This document shows, one piece after another, positions 20,553 through 31,176 of a DNA stretch of 64,000 bases. The stretch spans positions 329,402 to 393,401 of the forward strand of contig CAWAAO010000003.1 of assembly GCA_963780015.1 (NCBI GenBank), read 5' to 3'. Under the pieces are notes generated by a model. The model was given only the letters and a program-made list of their open reading frames with translations. It made no database searches and was not told the DNA's origin. Position numbers and translations under genes: made by a program. This DNA is from an uncultured Actinomycetes bacterium (GTDB taxonomy: Bacteria > Actinomycetota > UBA4738 > HRBIN12). Position 1 is the stretch's first letter. Every line of letters starts with the position of its first letter.

Positions 20553-21782
20553 ATGAAGATCCTGGTGGTTGGTTCCGGCGGCGTGGGCGCGGCGTTCGCC
20601 CCGATCGCGGCGCGACGCGACTTCTATGAGCACATCGTCTTCGCGGACTACGACGAGGCGCGTGCGCGCAGCGTCGTCGATCGCTACGACGGGGGAACGG
20701 GCCGGTTCAGCGCCGCGCAGGTCGACGCGTCGGACGCGGCGTCGGTCGCCGAGCTGTGCCGCACGCAGGGCATCACGCATATGTTGAACGCGGTCGATCC
20801 GCGGTTCGTGATGCCGATCTTCGACGGCGCGTTCGACGCCGGGGTCACCTATCTCGACATGGCGATGTCGCTGTCGCATCCCCACCCAGAGCAGCCGTTC
20901 GCCCTGCCCGGGGAGAAGCTCGGCGACGCACAGTTCGCACGGGCCGCCGACTGGGAGGCCAAGGACCAGCTCGCCCTGGTGGGCGTGGGCGTCGAGCCCG
21001 GGCTGTCGGATGTCTTCGCGCGGTATGCCCAGGATCACCTCTTCTCACAGATCGACGAGGCGGGCGTGCGCGACGGCGCCGATCTCGTCGTGCGCGGGTA
21101 CGACTTCGCGCCCGGGTTCTCGATCTGGACCACGATCGAGGAATGCCTGAACCCGCCGGTGGTCTGGGAGAAGGATCGCGGCTGGTTCACCCTGCCGCCG
21201 TTCTCGGAGCCCGAGGTCTTCACGTTCCCGGAGGGGATCGGGCCCGTCGAGTGCGTGCACGTGGAGCACGAAGAGGTGTTGTTGATCCCCCGTTGGGTCG
21301 ACTGCAAACGAGCGACCTTCAAGTACGGGCTCGGCGACGAGTTCATCGACGTGCTCAAGACGCTGCACAAGCTGGGGCTGGACAAGACCGATCCGGTCAC
21401 GGTGCGCGGCAAGCAGGTGAGCCCGCGTGACGTGGTTGCCGCGTGTCTGCCCGACCCGGCGACGCTCGGGCCGCAGATGAGCGGCAAGACGTGCGCAGGC
21501 ACCTGGGTCACGGGCACGGGCACCGACGGCAACGCCCGCGAGGTCTACCTGTACCACGTGGTCGACAACGAGGAGACGTGGGGACGGGACCAGGCCCAGG
21601 CCGTCGTCTGGCAGACGGCGATCAATCCCGTGGTGGCGCTCGAGTTGCTCGCGAACGGCTCCTGGTCGGGCGCCGGCGTCCTCGGCCCCGAGGCCTTCGA
21701 GCCCGCTGCGTTCCTCGACCTGCTGACGGAGTACGGCTCCCCGTGGGGGATGGAGGAGCGGACGCCTGCTCGCACCCCCTGA
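20553..21782 (+). CDS. saccharopine dehydrogenase / carboxynorspermidine synthase-like oxidoreductase
   Basis: GSGGVG Rossmann motif, YLDMA, GVEPGLSD, TTIEEC, EHEEV and GVLGPEAF. Confidence 0.88.
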   Translation: MKILVVGSGGVGAAFAPIAARRDFYEHIVFADYDEARARSVVDRYDGGTGRFSAAQVDASDAASVAELCRTQGITHMLNAVDPRFVMPIFDGAFDAGVTYLDMAMSLSHPHPEQPFALPGEKLGDAQFARAADWEAKDQLALVGVGVEPGLSDVFARYAQDHLFSQIDEAGVRDGADLVVRGYDFAPGFSIWTTIEECLNPPVVWEKDRGWFTLPPFSEPEVFTFPEGIGPVECVHVEHEEVLLIPRWVDCKRATFKYGLGDEFIDVLKTLHKLGLDKTDPVTVRGKQVSPRDVVAACLPDPATLGPQMSGKTCAGTWVTGTGTDGNAREVYLYHVVDNEETWGRDQAQAVVWQTAINPVVALELLANGSWSGAGVLGPEAFEPAAFLDLLTEYGSPWGMEERTPARTP

Positions 21783-21802
21783 ACGGGGTTCAGGGGGGTT
21801 TC
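21775..21802 (+). terminator. intrinsic terminator-like hairpin
   Basis: CCCCCTGAAC-GGG-GTTCAGGGGG followed by GTTTC. Confidence 0.6.
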
Positions 21803-21828
21803 TCAGGTCGAGCCCGGTGGCAGCCGAA
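21802..21828 (+). promoter_or_regulatory. putative sigma-28/WhiG-type promoter CTCAG-N16-GCCGAA
   Basis: motif sits directly upstream of the SD and ATG of the GGDEF-EAL gene. Confidence 0.55.
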
Positions 21829-21861
21829 GCCTCCTAGACACAACGACGGAAGGCTTCACGC

Positions 21862-23985
21862 ATGGCACTGCGGGCTTCGGAGACCGGCCCCGGGGATGGC
21901 GGCGCGTTCGCGCGGGTAACCGCGGCGATCGAGCCTGGCTTGTTGCTGGAGGCGACCCCCGAATGCCTGGTCGTGACGCGTGCCGACGGCCAGATCGTGT
22001 TCGCGAACCGCCGTGCGCAACTCCTGACCGGGTTCGGCCGCGATGAGCTCGTCGGCAGCACGATCGAGTTGCTGATCGCGGCCGACGTGCTGGCGCTCCC
22101 GCCGGAGGCCCGCACCGAGGCGATGTGCTGCCGCAACGGTGGCGAGCAGTTCCCGGTCGAGGTCAACGTCGGCGCGATCGATGCCGGAGAGCCTCTCCTG
22201 GTGGTCACCCTTCGCGACCTCTCGGAGCTCCAGGCGGGCCGTGACGCCCAGTTCGAGGCCGAGGCGAAGTACCGGGCCCTGGTCGAGCACATCCCCGCGG
22301 TCGTCTACCTCGATCCGGTCGACGAGAACGACTCCTCGATCTACGTCAGCCCGCAGATCCGCGACCTGGTCGGCATCGAGCCCGATGAGTGGCTCACCGA
22401 TCCGTACGCCTGGCGCCACCACGTGCACCCCGACGACATCGAACGCGCCTGGGATGAATACCAGGAGGCATACAACGGCCACACGACGCTCAATCACGAG
22501 TACCGAATGGTCCACAAGGACGGGACCGTCCGCTGGGTCCTCGAGCAGGCGTTCCCGATCGACGACGAGCACGGCAACCCGTGGCTGATCCAGGGCGTGA
22601 TCTTCGACATCACCGAGCGAAAGACAGCCGAGGAAGAGGTTGCGTTCCTTGCGTATCACGACAAGCTGACCGGTCTGCCGAACCGCGCGCTGTTCGAGGA
22701 GATGCTCGAGAACGCGATCGCCAGAGGGCGACGCAGCGACACCGGGGTCGGCGTGCTGTTCCTCGATCTCGACAACTTCAAGATGGTGAACGACTCGCTC
22801 GGGCACCACTCGGGCGACCTGCTGCTCGCGCAGCTCGGCGACCGGCTGCGAACCTGCACCCGCGACACGGACCTCGTGGCTCGCCAGGGGGGCGATGAGT
22901 TCCTGCTCTTGCTGAGTGATCTGGACCGCGCGACCGAGGGGACCGATGAGAATCCGGCGCTCGCGGCCGCTGAGGTGGTGGCGGGCCGGGTCCGCGCGGC
23001 GCTGGCGGAGCCCTTCGATCTGCACGGCACGCAGTTCTTCGCGTCCGGCTCGATCGGGATCAGCCTGTTCCCGCAGGACGCACAGGACGCCGAGTCGCTG
23101 ATGAAGAACGCCGATGCCGCGATGTACCGCACGAAGCGGCAGGCGCCCGGGGGGTTCACCGTCTTCCAGACCGGCGATCACGATCCCGCGCAGAGGCTGT
23201 CGTTGACGACCCGCCTGCGGACCGCGGTACAGGAAGAGCACTGGGTGCTTCACTGGCAGCCGATCGTGGACATGGCGACCGGTCACGTCGAATCGCTGGA
23301 GGGGTTGATCCGCTGGAAGGATCCCAAGGGCGGGCTCGTGCCACCGTTGGAGTTCATCCCGCTCGCCGAGGAGCTCGGTCTGATCGAGGCGATCGGCGAC
23401 TGGGTCATCGCGGAGCTCGTCCGGCAGCAATCCGAATGGGCGGCGCTCGGCCTGGACCTGCACCTCGGGTTCAACCTCTCGCCCCGGCAGCTGTGGTCGG
23501 CGCGCCTGGCGGAGAAGATCATGGGCACGATGCGAGCCGGCAACGTCGATCCCAGTCGCGTGACGGTGGAGATCACGGAGTCGACCGCGATGGCCGACCC
23601 CGACCGCACGCAGAAGATCCTCGCAGAGCTCCACGCGTGGGGTTTCACCCTCGCGCTGGATGACTTCGGCACCGGCTATTCGTCGCTGGCGCGCCTCAAG
23701 CACATGCCGGTCGACATCTTGAAGATCGACAAGGCGTTCGTGCACGACGTGCACAACGACATGGGCCAGGCCAGCATGGTCCGCGCCATGATCCAGTTGG
23801 CACAGGGTCTCAACATGATGCCGCTCGCCGAGGGGGTCGAGACGATGCAGGAGTATGAGTTCCTGCGCGCCAACGGCTGTCGGCTGGCACAGGGGTTCTT
23901 GTTCTCGCGGGCGGTGCCTGCCGACGAGGTGCCCGAGCTCGTCCGGCGCGAAGCGGGCTTGCTCCCCGTGATCGCCGGCAGCTGA
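21862..23985 (+). CDS. cytoplasmic PAS-PAS-GGDEF-EAL c-di-GMP enzyme
   Basis: two PAS domains (VHPDD, EYRM), D.LTGLPNR, intact GGDEF, EGLIRW, DDFGTGYSSL and AEGVET. Confidence 0.95.
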   Translation: MALRASETGPGDGGAFARVTAAIEPGLLLEATPECLVVTRADGQIVFANRRAQLLTGFGRDELVGSTIELLIAADVLALPPEARTEAMCCRNGGEQFPVEVNVGAIDAGEPLLVVTLRDLSELQAGRDAQFEAEAKYRALVEHIPAVVYLDPVDENDSSIYVSPQIRDLVGIEPDEWLTDPYAWRHHVHPDDIERAWDEYQEAYNGHTTLNHEYRMVHKDGTVRWVLEQAFPIDDEHGNPWLIQGVIFDITERKTAEEEVAFLAYHDKLTGLPNRALFEEMLENAIARGRRSDTGVGVLFLDLDNFKMVNDSLGHHSGDLLLAQLGDRLRTCTRDTDLVARQGGDEFLLLLSDLDRATEGTDENPALAAAEVVAGRVRAALAEPFDLHGTQFFASGSIGISLFPQDAQDAESLMKNADAAMYRTKRQAPGGFTVFQTGDHDPAQRLSLTTRLRTAVQEEHWVLHWQPIVDMATGHVESLEGLIRWKDPKGGLVPPLEFIPLAEELGLIEAIGDWVIAELVRQQSEWAALGLDLHLGFNLSPRQLWSARLAEKIMGTMRAGNVDPSRVTVEITESTAMADPDRTQKILAELHAWGFTLALDDFGTGYSSLARLKHMPVDILKIDKAFVHDVHNDMGQASMVRAMIQLAQGLNMMPLAEGVETMQEYEFLRANGCRLAQGFLFSRAVPADEVPELVRREAGLLPVIAGS

Positions 23986-24005
23986 CCCGTAAGCTGCTCC
24001 GCAGC

Positions 24006-25259
24006 ATGCGTCGATCTCTCTTCCTGGCGCTCGTCGTCGTCCCGATCGCCCTGTGCGCGGCGGTGCCCGCCGGCGGGTCCTCGCCCCCGCACGTGCGCGA
24101 TGTCGGCCCGATGGTCGGTTTCCGCCGGCACGAGTCGAGCTACACGATCGCCGTGGCGGACGTGAACGCCGATGGCTGGGACGACGTGTTGATCGGCCAT
24201 CACGGCTCCCGGCCCGCCGAGTTGTTTCTGAATCAGCCGCAGGATGACACCACGCTCGGGTTCGAGCCCGTGCTGCGGCTGGTCGACACGATCCACGAGC
24301 GCCCCGATCGCCACGGATGTGTCTTCGGCGATCCGAACGTCGACGGCCTGCTCGACATCCTGTGTGCCAAGGGCGCGCAGCAGGGTCTGGCCGAGAAGTG
24401 GAACGAGCTGTGGATCCAGGGTCCCGCCGGCACCTGGACCGATCGGGCCCACGCGTGGGGCGTCGAGGACCACTGGGGCCGGGGTCGGCACCCCGCCTGG
24501 ATCGATCTGAACCACGACCGGTACCCGGACCTGTTCATCGGGAACGACACGCCCCGCTACGACGGACACACCACCCCGAACCGGACGTACGTGAACGTCG
24601 GCGGCACGCATTTCCGCGAGGTCGACATGGGCATCACCCGCCAGGACGGCTCGATGTGCGCGCAGGTCGTCGACGTGAACGGCGATGGGTGGGACGACAT
24701 CCTGTTGTGTGGCGACAAGGAGATATTCCTGTACCTGCGCCAGGGCGATCGGTTCGTCCGGGCGAACGAGCGGTTCGGCGTGCCGACCGGGCCGCTCGCC
24801 AACGGTGCCCAGATCGTCGATGTCTCGGGCGACGGTATCGACGACCTGGTAGTCGTGCATCTCGACTCGCTCGAGATCCGGCTGGGTGGCGCGGACGGGC
24901 GGTTCGGGACGCCGGTGCTGACGCACGCGCTCGCGCACGGCCACGGTCTGGCGATCGGCGACGTCGACGGCGACGGAGCCCCGGACGTCTACGCCGTCGA
25001 CGGGTGCCACGATCGCGTCAACGCGCCCGACGTGCTGCTGCGCAATGGCGGCGACGGCACATCCTGGACCCAGCTCGATTTGCCCCCGCTGCCGCCGGGC
25101 GAGCTGGCGGGCTGCGGCGACACCGCCGCGATGGTCGATTTCGATCGCGACGGCATGGACGACATCGTGGTGCTCAACGGCGGCGGCAACGCGCAGCCGC
25201 TGGACCTCGATGGGCCCGATCAACTGCTCACGCTTGGCGACTGGCAGCCGCTGCCCTGA
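24006..25259 (+). CDS. secreted FG-GAP/VCBS repeat beta-propeller protein
   Basis: signal peptide and seven DxxxD(G)xxD repeats (DVNADGWDD, DPNVDGLLD, DLNHDRYPD, DVNGDGWDD, DVSGDGIDD, DVDGDGAPD, DFDRDGMDD). Confidence 0.88.
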   Translation: MRRSLFLALVVVPIALCAAVPAGGSSPPHVRDVGPMVGFRRHESSYTIAVADVNADGWDDVLIGHHGSRPAELFLNQPQDDTTLGFEPVLRLVDTIHERPDRHGCVFGDPNVDGLLDILCAKGAQQGLAEKWNELWIQGPAGTWTDRAHAWGVEDHWGRGRHPAWIDLNHDRYPDLFIGNDTPRYDGHTTPNRTYVNVGGTHFREVDMGITRQDGSMCAQVVDVNGDGWDDILLCGDKEIFLYLRQGDRFVRANERFGVPTGPLANGAQIVDVSGDGIDDLVVVHLDSLEIRLGGADGRFGTPVLTHALAHGHGLAIGDVDGDGAPDVYAVDGCHDRVNAPDVLLRNGGDGTSWTQLDLPPLPPGELAGCGDTAAMVDFDRDGMDDIVVLNGGGNAQPLDLDGPDQLLTLGDWQPLP

Positions 25260-25262
25260 GCC

Positions 25263-26717
25263 TCAGAACGAGTCGTGCGGTTCGGGCGTGTCCCACGGCC
25301 AGGGGTTCAGCACGAGCGGCGGAAGCGGTTCCTGCCCGAAGTCGAACGCATCGAGCAGCGAGCCGGCCACACGCTCGCGCACGGTGGGCCGGGAATCGGG
25401 TCTGCCGTCGGTCTTCGGGTCGAGGCGCCGCCCGTTCACGAACCGGTCTTCGATCAAGCGAAGGTACGAATCGAACGACACCGTCGTGTGATCGATGTAC
25501 CCCGGCTTCGCCCACGGGCTGATGACGAGGGCGGGAACACGAAGGCCGTAGCCGTTGGCGTCGACGCGCGGCGGCTCGACGTGGTCGTAGAAGCCGCCCC
25601 AGTCGTCCCACGTCAGGAAGATCGCCGTCGAGCCCCAGTCCGGCCCCTCCATCGCCGCGTTGATGAGTCGCGTGACGTAGGCCATGCCCGTCTGGATGGT
25701 TGACGGGCCGTGCGGGTGCTCGCTGTTGACCGCCGTCGGCACGACCCACGAAACGTCGGGAAGATCGCCGGACGCCGCCGAGGAGAGGTAGTCGTTGACG
25801 GGCAACATGTTGTCCTCGATCCCCGTCGGCCGCTCCCCGTCCCAGAAGCTCGTGAACCCCGGGAGCACGTTGCGCTGATAGCTGGTCTCGAACCCGCGAC
25901 GCTCCGGTGGCGGGCACGGCGGGTGCAACCAACAGGTGTCGTTGCCGATGTAGTAGCCCCACGACACGTCGTTGCGATCGAGCAACCACGTCACGTCGGT
26001 CCACGCGTACTTCGGGGGCTCGCCGTAGACCCACCGGCGGTCGCCCTTGAGCGTCAGGTCGCTCCGACAGCTCATCGGGTCGGTCGGGTCCGAGCACGCG
26101 GCCGACCACCCGGACACCAGGAACAGGTGTGAGGGCAGGGTCCACGAGTCGGCGGGGGCGAACATCGCATCCTGCAACGTGAAGTTGTCCGCATAGGCCC
26201 AGTAGTTCGGGATCTCTTCACGGGGGAGCGTGCTCATCACGTCGGGCTGCCCCTCGGGGCCGATCACCGCGGGGCACTTCTCCTGGTCCGGCACGCTCCA
26301 GCAGTAGTCGGGTCGGGGCGTCAACGAGTCGATGAACCCGTCCATCTTGCCGCCGTCGACGTCGCGTACCGAATCGGCATGGGTGTGGGGCCCGCCGTCG
26401 AACTCGATCGAGTGGCTCACGTAGGGTGGGACGCAGGCCCCACCCTGGAACTTGTTCGGGATGCACACCGCGAAGGAGCCGTCGGGGTTGGTCGGCAGTC
26501 CGTCCGCGCCGGGGTACGTCCCGAAGTAGTGATCGAAGCTCCGGTTCTCCTGCACGATGAAGATGAGGTGGTCGAGCTTCTGCATGCCGTGCGCATCGTT
26601 CGTGGAAACGGGCGACGCCGTCGTGGAGGTGCTCGTCGTCGTCGACGTGCACGCGACCGCGATGATCGCGACGCTTGCCAACGCGAGCGCGATCGTTCGT
26701 CCGGGGGCTCGAGCCAT
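25263..26717 (-). CDS. phospholipase C/acid phosphatase-family phosphoesterase lipoprotein, copy 4
   Basis: lipobox AVAC; [34 protein letters not shown] and GLRVP motifs. Confidence 0.92.
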   Translation of the reverse strand: MARAPGRTIALALASVAIIAVACTSTTTSTSTTASPVSTNDAHGMQKLDHLIFIVQENRSFDHYFGTYPGADGLPTNPDGSFAVCIPNKFQGGACVPPYVSHSIEFDGGPHTHADSVRDVDGGKMDGFIDSLTPRPDYCWSVPDQEKCPAVIGPEGQPDVMSTLPREEIPNYWAYADNFTLQDAMFAPADSWTLPSHLFLVSGWSAACSDPTDPMSCRSDLTLKGDRRWVYGEPPKYAWTDVTWLLDRNDVSWGYYIGNDTCWLHPPCPPPERRGFETSYQRNVLPGFTSFWDGERPTGIEDNMLPVNDYLSSAASGDLPDVSWVVPTAVNSEHPHGPSTIQTGMAYVTRLINAAMEGPDWGSTAIFLTWDDWGGFYDHVEPPRVDANGYGLRVPALVISPWAKPGYIDHTTVSFDSYLRLIEDRFVNGRRLDPKTDGRPDSRPTVRERVAGSLLDAFDFGQEPLPPLVLNPWPWDTPEPHDSF

Positions 26718-26742
26718 GAGCGCGGAGTGTATCCAACCGATC

Positions 26743-28185
26743 TCAGTACGAAGGTGCCGTCGGCTCCGGGTCGCGCCAGGGCCAGGGTTGCAGGATCCGC
26801 GGCCGACGCGGGTCCTGCGAGAAGTCGAACGCGCCCGTGAGATCGCCCGCCGTGCGTTCGCGGACGGTCGGACGGCTGTCGGGGCGTCCGTCGGTTGCGG
26901 GATCGAGGCGTGACCCGCCGAGGAACCGATCCTCGATGAGCCGAAGGTAGGAGTCGAAGGACAGGGTGGTGTGGTCGATGTAGCCCTTCCGTGCGTAGGG
27001 GCTGATGACGAGCCCGGGAACGCGCAGTCCGTACCCCATGGCATCCACGCGCGGCGGGTCGACATGGTCGTAGAAGCCGCCCCAGTCGTCCCACGTGAGG
27101 AAGATGGCCGTGGAGTCCCAGTCCGGGCCCTGCATAGCGGCGTTCACCAGCCGCGTGACGTAGGCCATGCCCTCGCGGACCGTGCCGGGGCCGCTCGGGT
27201 GCTCGGAGTTCACCGCGCCCGGCACGATCCAGCTGACCTGCGGCAGTTTGCCGTCGGCGGCCGCCTGCAGATAGTCGCCGACGGGCGGGACGTTATCGGC
27301 ATATCCGTCGCGCTCGCCGCCGAAGCTCGTAAAGCCGGGCAGCGGGTTCTTGTTGTACGCGGTGCCGAACAGGTTCTCGCGGTTGTGCTCGCAGGGCGGC
27401 ACCCAGCATGTGCTGCCGCCGACGTAGTAGCGCCACGAAACGCCGTTGGCATCGAGGAGCCAGGTGATGTCGGTCCATGCGTACACCGGCGCCTCGCCGT
27501 ATTGCCAGCGCACCTCCTTCCCCTTGAGGTTGACGTCGCTTTGGCAGCTCATGGGGTCCGCGACGTCGTCGCACACGGCCGACCAGGCCGACATCAGGAA
27601 CAGGTGCGAGGGCAGCGTCCAGGAATCCACCGGCGCGAACAGATGGTCCTGCAGCACGTAGTCGTCGGCGTAGGCCCAGTAGTTCGGGATCGTCGCGCGA
27701 TCGTGCGTGCTCATGACATCGGGTTGCCCGTCGGGCCCCAGATAGTCGTCGCAGCGCCGGCCGGTCGGCACCAGCGGGCACTTGTGGGGCGCGGGATGCA
27801 TCGCGCTGATGAACCCGTCCATCGCGCCGCCCGCGATGTCCGCGGTGGCGGCGATGTGGTTGTGCGGCCCGCCGTCTTGATCGAACGAGTCCGTGACGTA
27901 GGGGCGCGCGCAGGCGCCGCTCGCGTCGTACTTGTCGGGGATGCAGGGTTTGAACGATCCGTCGGGGTTGGTCGGGATGCCGTCCGCGCCCGGGTAGGTG
28001 CCGAAGTACTGATCGAAGCTGCGATTCTCCTGCACGATAAAGATGAGGTGCTGGAGCTTCTGCAGTCCCGGGCTCGGCGCGGTCGTCGGAGGGGCGACCT
28101 GTGTGGTCGATGACGTCGCGGTGGCGGTACACGCGGCGGCCAGGACGAGGACGATCAGCACCGCGATGCTCCGGCGGTCTCGCAT
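26743..28185 (-). CDS. phosphoesterase lipoprotein, copy 3
   Basis: lipobox AAAC; same catalytic motifs. Confidence 0.92.
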   Translation of the reverse strand: MRDRRSIAVLIVLVLAAACTATATSSTTQVAPPTTAPSPGLQKLQHLIFIVQENRSFDQYFGTYPGADGIPTNPDGSFKPCIPDKYDASGACARPYVTDSFDQDGGPHNHIAATADIAGGAMDGFISAMHPAPHKCPLVPTGRRCDDYLGPDGQPDVMSTHDRATIPNYWAYADDYVLQDHLFAPVDSWTLPSHLFLMSAWSAVCDDVADPMSCQSDVNLKGKEVRWQYGEAPVYAWTDITWLLDANGVSWRYYVGGSTCWVPPCEHNRENLFGTAYNKNPLPGFTSFGGERDGYADNVPPVGDYLQAAADGKLPQVSWIVPGAVNSEHPSGPGTVREGMAYVTRLVNAAMQGPDWDSTAIFLTWDDWGGFYDHVDPPRVDAMGYGLRVPGLVISPYARKGYIDHTTLSFDSYLRLIEDRFLGGSRLDPATDGRPDSRPTVRERTAGDLTGAFDFSQDPRRPRILQPWPWRDPEPTAPSY

Positions 28186-28208
28186 GGGCTGGCGCAGTCT
28201 ATCGGCCG

Positions 28209-29651
28209 TCAGAACGACGGGTAGGGCTCGGGTTCTTTCCAAGGCCAGGGATCCAGCACGAGTGGAGGATCGGGCTCCTGGGTGAAATCGAACCCCTTCA
28301 GCAAGGGACTGGCCGAGCGATCCCGCACCGTCGGGCGGCTGTCGGGGCGAGACATCGTCGCCGGATCCAACCGCTGCCCACCGAGGAACCGATCTTCGAT
28401 CAGTTTGAGATAGGAGTCGAACGACAGCGTCGTGTGATCGATGTACCCCGGCTTCGCATACGGGCTGATGACGAGGCCGGGAACGCGCAGGCCGAACCCC
28501 ATCGCGTCGACGCGCGGTGGATCGACGTGATCGTAGAACCCACCCCAGTCGTCCCAGGTCAGGAAGATCGCGGTCGAGTCCCAGTCCGGGCCCTGCATCG
28601 CCGCGTTGATCACCCGCGTCACGTAGGCCATCGCGGTCTTCGTGGTGCTCGGCCCGCCCGGGTGATCCGAGACGTTGGAGGCGGGCGCGATCCACATGAC
28701 CGACGGCAGCGTGCCCGTCGAGGCCGCCTCGAGATACTCATCGACCGGGCGCACCCGTTTGTCGGCGGACTCGCGGTCGCCGAAACTCGTGAAGCCGGGC
28801 AACGGGTTTCGGTTGTAGGACGTGCCGTAGAAGCGCCGACCGGTGTCCGGGCACGGCGGCTGGTCACAGGTGTCGTTGCCGACGTAATACCGCCACGAGA
28901 CGTCCTGCTCGTCGAGGAGCCACGTGACGTCGGTCCACGCATAGAGCGGCTTCTCGCCGTAGTCCCAGCGCTTCGCCGCCTGGCTCAGGTTGATGTCGGA
29001 CTGGCACGACATCGGATCAGCGGGGTTCGAGCAGGCGGCCGACCACGCCGACACGAGGAACAGGTGTGCGGGCAGCGTCCAGGAGTCGACCGGTGCGAAC
29101 ATCGCATCCTGCAGGACGTAGTGGTCGGCGTAGGCCCAGTAGTTGGGGATCGCGTGCCGCGACTGCGTGCTCATCACGTCGGGCTGTCCCTCGGGCCCGA
29201 GCTGCACGTCGCACTCCGGACGGGTCCGGTCCGTCCAGCACTTCGTCGCCCGGGCGGGAAGCGAGTCGATGAACCCGTTCATCTTGCCCCCGTTCACATC
29301 TCGCAGCGATGCGACGTGGTTGTGCGGGCCTCCGTCCTGGTCGTCCGATCGTGTGACGTAGGGCGGTACGCAGACGCCCGCCTGGAACTTGTCCGGCACG
29401 CACACCGAGAACGAGCCGTCGGAGTTGGTGGGGATGCCGTCGGCACCGGGGTAGGTGCCGAAGTACTGATCGAAGCTGCGGTTCTCCTGCACGATGAAGA
29501 TGAGGTGCTCGAGTTTCTGCAAGCCCTGGGGCGCGGCAGCCGTGCTGGCCGGGGCGGTCGTCGTGGTGGGTTCCGTCGAACCGGCGGCGGTACACGCCGC
29601 CGCCACGACCGCGACCAGCACGCTGCATGCCGCGAGCCGTCGGAAGCGCAT
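28209..29651 (-). CDS. phosphoesterase lipoprotein, copy 2
   Basis: lipobox AAAC; same motifs with DSWTLPAH and SDHP. Confidence 0.92.
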   Translation of the reverse strand: MRFRRLAACSVLVAVVAAACTAAGSTEPTTTTAPASTAAAPQGLQKLEHLIFIVQENRSFDQYFGTYPGADGIPTNSDGSFSVCVPDKFQAGVCVPPYVTRSDDQDGGPHNHVASLRDVNGGKMNGFIDSLPARATKCWTDRTRPECDVQLGPEGQPDVMSTQSRHAIPNYWAYADHYVLQDAMFAPVDSWTLPAHLFLVSAWSAACSNPADPMSCQSDINLSQAAKRWDYGEKPLYAWTDVTWLLDEQDVSWRYYVGNDTCDQPPCPDTGRRFYGTSYNRNPLPGFTSFGDRESADKRVRPVDEYLEAASTGTLPSVMWIAPASNVSDHPGGPSTTKTAMAYVTRVINAAMQGPDWDSTAIFLTWDDWGGFYDHVDPPRVDAMGFGLRVPGLVISPYAKPGYIDHTTLSFDSYLKLIEDRFLGGQRLDPATMSRPDSRPTVRDRSASPLLKGFDFTQEPDPPLVLDPWPWKEPEPYPSF

Positions 29652-29677
29652 GGGCGCGAAGTCTACGTGGCGTCTCT

Positions 29678-31120
29678 TCACCAGAGCGGGTACGAGGGCT
29701 TGGGGAAGCTCCACGGCCACGTGTCCAGGATCATCGGGGAGCGCGGCGGCTGGGTGAAGTCGAAGGCGTTCCAGACGTCGCCGGCCAGCGATTCACGAAC
29801 CGTCGGGCGGGAGTCGGGCCGGCCGTCGGTGGCAGGGTCCAGCCGTTGGCCGCCCAGGAATCGGTCTTCGATCATCTTCAGATAGGAGTCGTAGGACAAT
29901 CCCGTGTGGTCGATGTAGCCCTGCTTCGCGTACGGGCTGATCACGAGCGCCGGGACGCGCAGGCCGTAGCCGTTGTCGTCGACCACCGGCGGCACCGCGT
30001 GATCGTAGAAGCCGCCCCAGTCGTCCCAGGTCAAGAAGATCGCGGTCGAGTCCCAATCGGGCCCGCTCATCGCCGCGTTGATCAACCGGGTGACGTAGGC
30101 CATCGCGGTCGGGGTCGTGCTCGGCCCGACCGGGTGATCGGACACGACCGACGCCGGCATGATCCAACTGACCTGCGGCAACGAGCCGTCGGCCGCCGAT
30201 CCCAGGTACTGCTTGACCGACACCAGGTTGTCGTGGATGCCGTCGCGTTCGCCGTTCCAGAAGCTGGTGAAGCCCGGCAGCGGGTTGCGGGTGAACGGTG
30301 AAGTCTGCAGAGGATGTTCGTGATCGCACGGTGGCTCCCAACACGTGTCCGAGCCGATGTAGTAGCGCCACGACACATGATTTGCATCGAGCAGCCACGT
30401 GATGTCTGTCCATGCGTACAGCGGGTTGTCGCCGTAGTTCCACTGCACGCCCTGCCGCTTCGTGATGATGTCGCTCTGACACGACATCGGGTCGGTGGGA
30501 TCCGGGCAGTACGCCGACCAACCCGACATCAGGAACAGGTGTGACGGAAGGCTCCAGGAGTCCACTGAGCTGAACATCGCATCCTGCAGTACGAACTGAT
30601 CGGCATAGGACCAGTAGTTGGGGATCGAGCGCCTCTGCAGCGTGCTCATCACATCAGGTTGGCCCTCGGGTCCGAGATAGGTGTCACAGTACGACAGGTC
30701 CGGGTTCACCCAGCACTTGTTTGGCCGCGGCGGGAGTGACCGGATGAACCCGTCCATCTTCCCGCCGTCGATGCCGGTCACCGCCGCCGGGTGATCGTGC
30801 GGTCCGCCGTCGAACAGGATCGACCGCGTCACGTACGGCTTGACGCACTTGTTGTCCTGGTACGTGTCGGGGATGCAGACGGCGAACGAGCCGTCGGGGT
30901 TCGTCGGGATGCCGTTCGCGCCGGGATAGGTCCCGAAATAGTGATCGAAGCTGCGGTTCTCTTGCACTATGAAGATCAGGTGCTCGAGCTTGTCCGCCCC
31001 GGGCGGCGCCGTGTCGCCCACCCCGGTTGTCGTCGAGGTCGTCCCGCCGGTGCATGCGGCCGCCGTGACGGCGATCGCGGCGATCACGATCGCGACCCGG
31101 ACGTGCGGAGGCGGGCGCAT
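29678..31120 (-). CDS. phosphoesterase lipoprotein, copy 1
   Basis: lipobox AAAC; same motifs but DSWSLPSH (Ser at the putative nucleophile position). Confidence 0.92.
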   Translation of the reverse strand: MRPPPHVRVAIVIAAIAVTAAACTGGTTSTTTGVGDTAPPGADKLEHLIFIVQENRSFDHYFGTYPGANGIPTNPDGSFAVCIPDTYQDNKCVKPYVTRSILFDGGPHDHPAAVTGIDGGKMDGFIRSLPPRPNKCWVNPDLSYCDTYLGPEGQPDVMSTLQRRSIPNYWSYADQFVLQDAMFSSVDSWSLPSHLFLMSGWSAYCPDPTDPMSCQSDIITKRQGVQWNYGDNPLYAWTDITWLLDANHVSWRYYIGSDTCWEPPCDHEHPLQTSPFTRNPLPGFTSFWNGERDGIHDNLVSVKQYLGSAADGSLPQVSWIMPASVVSDHPVGPSTTPTAMAYVTRLINAAMSGPDWDSTAIFLTWDDWGGFYDHAVPPVVDDNGYGLRVPALVISPYAKQGYIDHTGLSYDSYLKMIEDRFLGGQRLDPATDGRPDSRPTVRESLAGDVWNAFDFTQPPRSPMILDTWPWSFPKPSYPLW

Positions 31121-31176
31121 GGCGTCGGAGTGTATGCGACCGAGGGCGCCCCGACGGTCCGGTACGATGCTGCGTC

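Noticed and set aside
25263-31120. Repeated DNA as a CRISPR array, DGR template/variable pair or mobile element
   Set aside because: The repeats are whole-gene paralogy with synonymous divergence. There is no reverse transcriptase, cas gene, recombinase or short regularly spaced repeat.
16202-31176. Integrative element or prophage inserted at tRNA-Ala
   Set aside because: No integrase, phage or conjugation genes and no att duplication were found.
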